IMG/VR virus record: IMGVR_UViG_3300046336_000146
Length of the DNA stretch: 21,475 bases
Origin: an uncultured virus (IMG/VR IMGVR_UViG_3300046336_000146)
Lineage: Duplodnaviria > Heunggongvirae > Uroviricota > Caudoviricetes
Direction: 5' to 3' (one strand)
In this document: in pieces, positions 5,890 to 13,213 of the stretch
Layout: each line of letters begins with the position of its first letter
Position numbering within the stretch: position 1 is the first letter of the stretch
The notes under the pieces: model-generated
Told to the model about the DNA's origin: nothing
Database searches by the model: none
Seen by the model: only the letters and a program-made list of their open reading frames with translations
Position numbers and translations under genes: made by a program

Positions 5890-7280
5890 CGATGCCAGAC
5901 AATATAATAGTAAGGTTACTGGTTCATGGAGTAGTTGCTAATTTAGTTAATTGTATCTCAAATACATTTCAGACTTTAGGTGACAGCTCAATTAGGTCTT
6001 CTATTACTGTAATCACAGTTGAAAATAGCGTGAGAAACTATAAGTAAACTGTGAACAGTTAAAATAAACAGTACTCCCTAAGTCAAAGCAATGTACATTG
6101 CTGGAAGTCATAGACAAACCAAGACTGTCTGTAAGGGGAAATCAGTAGGTAATCTGATTAAGGCTAAACATTGATCCTTTGTAAATTAAATAGAGACACA
6201 AGTGAGATGAAACGTAGTGGGAGACTAAATAGGCATTTATCCCATCGATGTTAATTTACATAAAGATACTAATCCTGAATTGGCAGGATGTTAATACCTC
6301 TACGAGTGCTTTGGTAGCGCAGTTAAAGAGGTGGGTAAATTTAATGGAGTGATCCTAGTATCTTTCAATGTTTAACTAAACTCAACGTACCTGCGGAGTA
6401 GAACATCAGGTGTAAAAACTCGGAAAACATTGACACGAGTATAAATAATAATATCAATTGTAAGATTGAATGTGTTGTTCCCTTGAGAAAGGAATCCGTA
6501 GCTATCTATCAGTGTAGACAACACAAATGAATCTTAATATATGCCCTATTTATAGGGCATATATTAAATTTCTAATAAAAAAATCATGATAAATGAAGAG
6601 TGGAGAGATGTACCAAACTATGAAGGATTATATTTAATAAGTGATTTAGGGAACATTAAATCTAAATACACAGATAAATTATTAAAGCCATCTCAAGATA
6701 AATTTGGATATGTTAGATTTTCTGCAACTAAAAACAAAAAGCAAAAGACCTTAAGAATTCACAGAATAGTTGCAGAAATATTTATACCAAATCCAAAAAA
6801 TTTACCTCAAGTAAATCATATTGACGGAAACAAATTGAATTGTGCAAAATCAAATCTTGAATGGTCTACTGATTCTGAAAATAAAATACATGCATATACA
6901 AATGGATTAATGATTGGAGGCAATCAATATTCTAAAAAAAGAAAAGATTTACCAAGATATAAGTTGAAATCTACCAACTTTAATTAGAAGATTATAGTAA
7001 TATAATCCACAGATGAAAATGTAAAGAGATAAGTTTCTATAAACTGTGAGAAGTTCTCAGCAAACAGAAAAACCAGTTAGTAATATGAAAAATTATACTT
7101 GAAAGCTGCAATTATCTGTGTGACCCTACTCTTATTGCAGATGCCAAGCAACTAATATAAGACAAGAGGGTGCTCAAAAATATCAAACTTTCGACCCTCT
7201 CCCAACAAAGTGCTACACCCACGGAGTTGAACAGCGAGAGGACGCTACCTGAAAGTGACACAGTGACCTCACATTCGAGG
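5890..7280 (+). ncRNA. Large ornate RNA, ROOL-like (GOLLD not excluded), interrupted by an HNH ORF; ends approximate
   Basis: Lies between two tRNA genes. Ordered motifs GGAGTAG, GACTTTAGG, GTTGAAAATAGCGTGAG, CAAACCAAGACTGTC, GTAGGTAATC, GTGAGAAGTTCTCAG, GCTCAAAA and TGAACAGCGAGAG match my recollection of ROOL. Many helices, including pairings across the ORF. Confidence 0.6.
6586..6987 (+). CDS. NUMOD4-HNH homing endonuclease (133 aa)
   Basis: EEWRDVPNYEGLYLISDLGNIKS (NUMOD4); HRIVAEIF...VNHIDGNKLN..KSNLEW...EN..H (HNH_3 type). Confidence 0.93.
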   Translation: MINEEWRDVPNYEGLYLISDLGNIKSKYTDKLLKPSQDKFGYVRFSATKNKKQKTLRIHRIVAEIFIPNPKNLPQVNHIDGNKLNCAKSNLEWSTDSENKIHAYTNGLMIGGNQYSKKRKDLPRYKLKSTNFN

Positions 7281-7286
7281 TAAACA

Positions 7287-7358
7287 GGTCTCGTAGCTCA
7301 GAAGTAGAGCAAGGCACTCATAATGCCGAGGTCGGGATAGCATAATTCCCCGAGACCA
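7287..7358 (+). tRNA. tRNA with CAT anticodon (elongator Met or lysidine-Ile), non-canonical D and T loops
   Basis: GGTCTCG/CGAGACC acceptor, GCTC/GAGC D stem, GGCA-CTCATAA-TGCC anticodon arm, AGGTC variable loop, GGGA/TCCC T stem with AGCATAA loop; no encoded CCA. Confidence 0.75.
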
Positions 7359-7366
7359 CAAATATC

Positions 7367-7738
7367 AACAATGTGGCTTATTGTTAAATTCTAAGATAAC
7401 GTGCCGTTTAAAACTAGCGAGGGTTTTAATAAAAAGAGACACTTAGAGGGGGGAAGGCTTTTACAAACCAAACAGACAGAGCAGTATGGAAGATATTAAA
7501 GTATGCCTCAATAATACCAAGGCATCTGCTCTGTTTTTAAACCAAAAAGAGTGGGCGCAACAAAACTCATTTGGAAGTAAGTAGAAGTTAAGTTGTATTT
7601 TATGGTGTAACAGTTCAGAGACCATAATCTGAGAGACTGAATTGAGGTAAAGATTCCCTTCCGATAAGAAGAATAGGGATAAATAAGAAACAGAGGGTTG
7701 GTGTATAGAGCATACTGTTTCTTTATTTTTATTGCGCC
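7367..7738 (+). ncRNA. Unassigned pseudoknot-rich RNA D (about 370 nt)
   Basis: At least six helices plus several 6-7 bp loop-to-distal complementarities; no plus-strand ORF in the track. Confidence 0.6.
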
Positions 7739-7768
7739 AAAATAATAAAGAAAAAATAACACTTTTTC

Positions 7769-7800
7769 CTTGAGTAATAAAAATAAAGTCCTTACATTTG
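7769..7800 (+). promoter_or_regulatory. Bacteroidota-type promoter
   Basis: CTTG, 20 nt, TACATTTG. Confidence 0.75.
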
Positions 7801-7821
7801 TAAAATAACATTAGATAAAAT

Positions 7822-8133
7822 ATGAGCAATAAAATTTTCACAAAAAAGAGCAGAATAGAATTGGACAATTCTTGGTACATGGAGTCAGATGGATTTAACG
7901 GAATACAACTAGTTTTTCACGAGACTAGAGAAAGGACAAAAAAAGGTACAGAAGAAAAGGAAGAGTATCTTTTTGAAGATGTGACATATCACACTAGAGT
8001 GGTCCAGGCTTTGAGACACTACTGCGACGCAACTCAAAATTCCGCAAAAAACTTAAAAGAAATTCTAGAAAAAACAGATAAAATTTATAGCCTTTTAGAA
8101 AAACTAGACAAAGAGTTTAGACAATTTGATTAA
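7822..8133 (+). CDS. Phage hypothetical protein
   Basis: 103-aa ORF after a promoter, in the same orientation as its neighbours. Confidence 0.7.
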   Translation: MSNKIFTKKSRIELDNSWYMESDGFNGIQLVFHETRERTKKGTEEKEEYLFEDVTYHTRVVQALRHYCDATQNSAKNLKEILEKTDKIYSLLEKLDKEFRQFD

Positions 8134-8176
8134 GGATATTTTGTGTGTAAAGTAAGTTAACATTCTTAATAAACTA

Positions 8177-8208
8177 TTTGGTAAATAGAGGATGTTTGTT
8201 TATATTTG
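8177..8208 (+). promoter_or_regulatory. Bacteroidota-type promoter upstream of the RNR leader
   Basis: TTTG, 20 nt, TATATTTG. Confidence 0.8.
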
Positions 8209-8291
8209 CATTATAAAATTACATAAAAACCTCGTCCGAGATGAGAGTGTAAAAGCAGTCTTTCTTAAGAGCTTGGTACACAAAATATAAC

Positions 8292-8322
8292 GTCCTTCCA
8301 TTAATTTGGGAGGACTTTTTTT
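8292..8322 (+). terminator. Intrinsic terminator within the nrdB 5' leader
   Basis: GTCCTTCCA-ttaatt-TGGGAGGAC followed by T7. Confidence 0.75.
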
Positions 8323-8357
8323 ACCTTAAAAAATAACAATAATGAAAACAAATTAAA

Positions 8358-9338
8358 ATGAGTATTTTTGAACCAAGAAGGGCTATAAAGCCTTATGAAC
8401 ACCCCCACTTAATTAAGTATGCACATGCAATACATGAGAGTTTTTGGACTCCAGAGCATTTCACTTACGATAGAGATGTAAATGATTTTTTAGTTAAATT
8501 GACAGATGTAGAAAGGGATATTATAAAAAAAGCCATGTTAGCTATTGGAGTTATTGAAAATAAAGTGAAAACTTTTTGGGCCAGAGTTGATATGAGGATG
8601 CCAAAAACAGAAATATCTATAGTTGGACACACTTTTGCAGGCAATGAGGTAATACATCAACTTACCTATGAAAAACTTTTAACTTTACTAGGATTAGAAG
8701 GGGAGTTTGATAAAGTTATTGACATACCTTGTATGCAAGGTCGTTCAGATTATTTAACTAAATATTTGCAAGGAGTTTACTCTAAATCAAATAAAGAATT
8801 TACAAAATCTTTGATACTATTTACTTTACTAGTAGAAAATGCTAGTTTATTTTCTCAATTCTTAATTGTATCTTCTTTTAAAAAACATAAAAATGTTTTA
8901 TCTAATTTTAATTCTGTTATATCTGCTACTGCTAGAGAAGAAAACTTGCATGCAAAATTCGGAGAGGAGTTAATAAAAATTATACGTTCTGAGAATCCGG
9001 ATTGGTTTGACAATGACATGGAATCTAAAATTAGAAGAAATGTAAACAAAGCTTTAACGGCTGAAATAGAGGTGTTAGATTGGATTTTTGAAAAAGGAGA
9101 GTTAGATTTTTTACCTAAAGAAAGTATTGTAGAATACTTAAAAAGTAGATTTAATAAGAGCTTAAATCAAATAGGATACAGCAATGAATTTGAGATAAAA
9201 GAAAGTTTATTAAAACCAACAGAGTTTTTAGAAGTGCAGTTGATGGCATCATCTTCATTCGACTTTTTTAACGAAAAATCAACAGATTACTCACAAAACA
9301 CAGCATTTGACGAAGAAGAATTATGGGACGAAAATTAG
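8358..9338 (+). CDS. nrdB: Class I ribonucleotide reductase beta subunit (class Id-like)
   Basis: Ferritin-like ligands IENKVK, NEVIHQLTY, VENASLFSQF and REENLH; C-terminal DFF...TDY. Confidence 0.93.
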   Translation: MSIFEPRRAIKPYEHPHLIKYAHAIHESFWTPEHFTYDRDVNDFLVKLTDVERDIIKKAMLAIGVIENKVKTFWARVDMRMPKTEISIVGHTFAGNEVIHQLTYEKLLTLLGLEGEFDKVIDIPCMQGRSDYLTKYLQGVYSKSNKEFTKSLILFTLLVENASLFSQFLIVSSFKKHKNVLSNFNSVISATAREENLHAKFGEELIKIIRSENPDWFDNDMESKIRRNVNKALTAEIEVLDWIFEKGELDFLPKESIVEYLKSRFNKSLNQIGYSNEFEIKESLLKPTEFLEVQLMASSSFDFFNEKSTDYSQNTAFDEEELWDEN

Positions 9339-11044
9339 AATTAAACTGGTTAAAACCAGATCAGAGACTTTTTATCGAAAGAGATTATTTACAGAATGGG
9401 CAAACTCCAGAAGACAGGTATCTAGAGATTTGCGACACAATTGAAAAGTATTGTTTAAAAATGGCAACTACTTCTGAATCAGTTTCTTATTGCAGAGGTA
9501 TAGGTAAGAGATTTGAAGAATATATTAGTAAAGGTTGGGTATCTTTTGCTACACCAGTTCTGATAAATTTTGGGAAGTCTGAAAATCTACCAATTTCATG
9601 TAATAAATCAATTTTATCAGACTCTCTAGATGATATATATAAAGGTGTACATGAGTTAGGGATGTTAGCTAAGTATGGAGCAGGTACCTCTCAAAATTTC
9701 TCAAATTTAAGGCCTATAGGTTCAAATATAAATACAGGAGGTACTTCTAATTCAGTTATGGATTGGATTGAACTTTATGCAGATATGATGAGTAAAACTA
9801 ATCAAAATAGAGCCAGAAGAGGTTTTTTAACAGCTTACTTATCGGTAGATCACTCTGAAATAATGGATTTTTTAGATATTGGTACTCATAGAATACCAAC
9901 AGATAGACAGAGATTCTTTCAAACTATAACAACAGCAGTTACCTTACCTATAGGTTGGAGAAAATCCTTAAAAGAAGGAGATAAAGAAAAAAGAAAAATT
10001 TGGGCCAAAATTTTAAAAACAAGAAAAGAAATTGGATTCCCTTACATTTTGGACCTAGAAAATGCAAATAAAGATAGGCCAAAATGGTACACAGATAGAG
10101 ATCTATATATTGAAACTTCTAATATTTGTATTGAGACAAATGAGATTGTTAGTAAAGATAAAACATTTGCCTGTTGTCTTTCTTCAGCTAACTCTTATTA
10201 TTTTGATGAGTGGGAAGGGCACCCTAATTTTATATTTGACATGAATTTGATGTTAGACTGTGTTATTGAAGAATATATTGAAAAAGGGAGTAAATTACCA
10301 GGGTTAGAAAAGGCTGTGAAATTTGCAAAAGAACATCGTTCAATTGGTTTAGGTGTTTTAGCATTTTGCTCGTTTTTGCAAAAGAAGGGTATTGTTTTTG
10401 GAGAGATTGCGAGCTATGCTGTGAACAATAAAATATTCTCTAAATTAAGAGAGGAGTCAGATAGAGCTTCTAGATGGATGGCAGAGCATTTTGGAGAACC
10501 TGAAATGTTGAAAGGGTATGGATATAGAAATACAACAAGATTGGCCCAGGCTCCAACTAAATCTACTTCGTATATTATGGGAGGGGAGGCTTTAAACTTA
10601 TCGGAAGGAATAGAGCCTCATAAAAGTAATTACAGTTCTAAAAAATTAGCAAAAATTCAATCAGAAGTTAAGAATAAAGAGTTAGTAGATTTATTGGAGA
10701 CTAAAGGTAAAAATTCTAAAGGTGTTTGGGACTCTATCTTATTACACAACGGTTCGGTACAACATCTAGAGTTTTTAGATGATAGAGAAAAAGCTGTTTT
10801 TAGAACATTTTCAGAGATTTCCCAAGTAGATGTTTTGAAATTAGCAGGACAAAGAGCTAAATATTTAGATCAAGGGCAGTCTATAAATATAATGATACAC
10901 CCTGATACACCTGCATCTGAAATTAATAGATTGCACATGTTAGCCTTTGATGAAGGTATTAAAGGGTTATACTATCAGTATAGTATTAATGCAGCTCAAG
11001 AGTTTAATAAACAATTACTAACTTGCTCTAGTTGTGAGGCTTAG
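9323..11044 (+). CDS. nrdA: Class I ribonucleotide reductase alpha subunit (compact, no obvious ATP cone)
   Basis: ATPVLIN, PISC, SNICIE, RSIGLGV, APTKSTS, DQGQS, KGLYY and C-terminal CSSC. Confidence 0.95.
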   Translation: MGRKLELNWLKPDQRLFIERDYLQNGQTPEDRYLEICDTIEKYCLKMATTSESVSYCRGIGKRFEEYISKGWVSFATPVLINFGKSENLPISCNKSILSDSLDDIYKGVHELGMLAKYGAGTSQNFSNLRPIGSNINTGGTSNSVMDWIELYADMMSKTNQNRARRGFLTAYLSVDHSEIMDFLDIGTHRIPTDRQRFFQTITTAVTLPIGWRKSLKEGDKEKRKIWAKILKTRKEIGFPYILDLENANKDRPKWYTDRDLYIETSNICIETNEIVSKDKTFACCLSSANSYYFDEWEGHPNFIFDMNLMLDCVIEEYIEKGSKLPGLEKAVKFAKEHRSIGLGVLAFCSFLQKKGIVFGEIASYAVNNKIFSKLREESDRASRWMAEHFGEPEMLKGYGYRNTTRLAQAPTKSTSYIMGGEALNLSEGIEPHKSNYSSKKLAKIQSEVKNKELVDLLETKGKNSKGVWDSILLHNGSVQHLEFLDDREKAVFRTFSEISQVDVLKLAGQRAKYLDQGQSINIMIHPDTPASEINRLHMLAFDEGIKGLYYQYSINAAQEFNKQLLTCSSCEA

Positions 11045-11055
11045 AATAAATAATT

Positions 11056-11286
11056 ATGAGAGAATATATATTTTTTAAAATGCCAAATTGTGGACCTTGT
11101 ACACAATTAAAACCTGTAATGGAGCAGTTTGAAAATACAACTTTTGTAGATGCCTCTGAGGACTTTGAAAAAGCTTTAAAGTATAATATCCGGAAGGCAC
11201 CAACCGTTGTAATTCTTGAAGACAGTCGAGAAGTATTAAGATTTACAGGTTTTAAGACGAAGGAAGAGATTGAAGCTCTTTTATAA
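11056..11286 (+). CDS. Thioredoxin/NrdH-like redoxin
   Basis: CGPC active site and cis-Pro motif (KAPT); directly after nrdA. Confidence 0.88.
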   Translation: MREYIFFKMPNCGPCTQLKPVMEQFENTTFVDASEDFEKALKYNIRKAPTVVILEDSREVLRFTGFKTKEEIEALL

Positions 11287-11308
11287 ACTATTTAAACTGA
11301 TTATAAAT

Positions 11309-11340
11309 AAAAGCCTAGGATAAATTTTCTAGGCTTTTTT
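11309..11340 (+). terminator. Intrinsic terminator, possibly bidirectional
   Basis: AAAAGCCTAGGA...TTCTAGGCTTTTTT. Confidence 0.85.
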
Positions 11341-11372
11341 CTTGTTTAATAGTTTTAAAACTTCTATATTTG
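11341..11372 (+). promoter_or_regulatory. Bacteroidota-type promoter
   Basis: CTTG, 20 nt, TATATTTG. Confidence 0.75.
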
Positions 11373-11430
11373 TACTATAAATTTTTAATTCTGAAAATGT
11401 CGCCATAAATTTAACTAAAAACACACGGAT

Positions 11431-11934
11431 ATGTTAAAACAAACCTTTTTATTAACTGCTTGCGTTGTATTATGTAGCGGTTACGGTCAAATTAAGTTTA
11501 AAGATATAGAAACTTTTAATATATCAGTTGTGATAGACCCTAAAGTTACTATAGAGGAAAAAATACCAAATATAGGTGTTGAAATAGAGTATTCTGGCCC
11601 TATGTATGCAAGAGCGTCAATTACTACATTTCCTGCCTTAAAAGGAGGGTATATTGATGGAACAGGTGCTTTTGGGTTTACTATGTCTACTGGAACATTT
11701 GACAGAACAAATTTATACTCAGGTTTAAGAATAGGATTAATAAAAAGAGATACTTTTACTTATCCTACGTATGGATTTGAAGCAGGAATAAATTATAATC
11801 TAACAGAAAATCTGTTATTAGGAATAAGGAGTACTTTTGATTATAGAAATGACCTTGTATTTACTGGTGGAAATCCTTCATTTAAATATAGCGGATTTGT
11901 CAAGATTGGATATACGTGGAATTATAAAAATTAA
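11431..11934 (+). CDS. Putative small outer-membrane beta-barrel protein
   Basis: Signal peptide ending GYG-Q; amphipathic Gly/aromatic strands (YGFEAGINYNL, GFVKIGYTW). Confidence 0.65.
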   Translation: MLKQTFLLTACVVLCSGYGQIKFKDIETFNISVVIDPKVTIEEKIPNIGVEIEYSGPMYARASITTFPALKGGYIDGTGAFGFTMSTGTFDRTNLYSGLRIGLIKRDTFTYPTYGFEAGINYNLTENLLLGIRSTFDYRNDLVFTGGNPSFKYSGFVKIGYTWNYKN

Positions 11935-11943
11935 CAAAAAACT

Positions 11944-12435
11944 ATGAAAAAATTATTATTAATTGCACTACTATCTAGTGGGGCATACTCTCAGACAAAT
12001 TTCCATTTTTACTATGGTTTTAATGAATCACTAGGAGCAGAGTTATTGATAAATGGTAAGTATGGCTTCGGTTTTTCGGGAACAACAGAAAAAACAAAAG
12101 CATTAGGAGATTTTTCTCCAGGAGCTATTAATGATTACGATAGAAAAAACATTGTATCTACTGTTACCCAAAAATGGTTTGCTTTATACTCTACCGTTGG
12201 AGCAGTTTACGTGAAAGACTTTCAAATCAGTTTAGATGTGGGTGGAGCATTATACGGTAGGCACGCTAATTTCTTAGACCCTAATCGTAATCAATATTAT
12301 CACAAAAAAGACAAAGTTAATATCAAAGGAATGATAGGTATTAATGCTACATATCCAATTACAAAAGATATTGGTTGGCAAGTAGGAATTGATACTTTTA
12401 GCGGAGTTAATACTGGATTTGTAGTTTACTTTTAA
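11944..12435 (+). CDS. Putative small outer-membrane beta-barrel protein
   Basis: Signal peptide ending AYS-Q; alternating strands; C-terminal Phe (TGFVVYF) resembling a beta-signal. Confidence 0.7.
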   Translation: MKKLLLIALLSSGAYSQTNFHFYYGFNESLGAELLINGKYGFGFSGTTEKTKALGDFSPGAINDYDRKNIVSTVTQKWFALYSTVGAVYVKDFQISLDVGGALYGRHANFLDPNRNQYYHKKDKVNIKGMIGINATYPITKDIGWQVGIDTFSGVNTGFVVYF

Positions 12436-12446
12436 ATTTAAAAATT

Positions 12447-12839
12447 ATGGAAAATGAATTTTTACCTCCCACACAGTCCTTAGAGTTAAAAGAATTAGGG
12501 TTTAATGGTCCTTGTTTGGCCTGGCACAATGGAAAAATGCTATTTTTGGATAAATATGGAGTTACCAACAATCAAATAGAGCTTGATTATTGTTGTACTT
12601 TGCCATTATATCAACAAACTTTTAAATTTTTTAGAGATAAATACAAATTAGAAGCAAGTATTCAAAGAATGCCTCCTGAAGTATATGGAAAAGGTAAAGG
12701 AGATATAAAAAACTACTTAGTATATATCTGGGCAGAAAATTTAAATCCAAGAGGTCAAACTACTTTACATTTTGATACTTACGAAGAGGCCGAACTTGAA
12801 TGTCTTAAAAAATTAATAGAAATAGTTAAAAATAAATAA
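12447..12839 (+). CDS. Phage hypothetical protein
   Basis: 130-aa ORF with LELKELGF and TYEEAELECLKKLIE segments. Confidence 0.75.
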   Translation: MENEFLPPTQSLELKELGFNGPCLAWHNGKMLFLDKYGVTNNQIELDYCCTLPLYQQTFKFFRDKYKLEASIQRMPPEVYGKGKGDIKNYLVYIWAENLNPRGQTTLHFDTYEEAELECLKKLIEIVKNK

Positions 12840-12844
12840 AAAAG

Positions 12845-13213
12845 ATGAAGTTAATAATTAAAGAAGGAAGTACTAACTATGCTTGTAGTGTAGTAGAAAT
12901 TAAAGACTTGTTTCCTATAGAAGGGGCAGATAATGTTTTAAGAGTAGTTGTGAATGGAAATAATGTTGTTGTACCTAAATCGACAGAAATAGGCAGTAAA
13001 ATGTTGTATTTCCCTTCAGGTTGTAAGCTTAGTGAAGATTACTGTAAAAATAATAGTCTCTACGATAAAGAAGAATATAATTTAGACAACACAAAGAAAG
13101 GGTTTATATCTTTTAAAAACAGGAGAATAAAATGTTTAAGGCTCAGAGGAGTCGTCTCTGATGGAATGTTGATGCCTATAGAAAGTTTAAATTATATAGA
13201 AAATGATAAGTAG
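12845..13213 (+). CDS. RNA ligase, N-terminal fragment (DRB0094-family N-domain)
   Basis: PIEGADN...RIKCLRLRGVVSDGMLMP resembles the OB/tRNA-binding-like N-terminus of DRB0094-type ligases; no ligase catalytic motifs. Confidence 0.75.
   Translation: MKLIIKEGSTNYACSVVEIKDLFPIEGADNVLRVVVNGNNVVVPKSTEIGSKMLYFPSGCKLSEDYCKNNSLYDKEEYNLDNTKKGFISFKNRRIKCLRLRGVVSDGMLMPIESLNYIENDK

Noticed and set aside
6400..7050. Group I intron around the HNH ORF
   Set aside because: GAAGATTATAGT near 6987 only loosely resembles an S element; I found no matching R/P7 partner or interrupted exon. Not fully excluded without a covariance-model search
7367..7738. RNase P RNA or group I intron (GTTCAGAGAC near 7613)
   Set aside because: P4 signatures of RNase P (GAGGAAAGTCC and its 3' partner) are absent, and there is no downstream S element for the R-like sequence
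7461..7880. Minus-strand ORFs 7461-7880 and 7508-7762
   Set aside because: Opposite to all real genes, overlap a promoter and structured RNA, and have atypical composition
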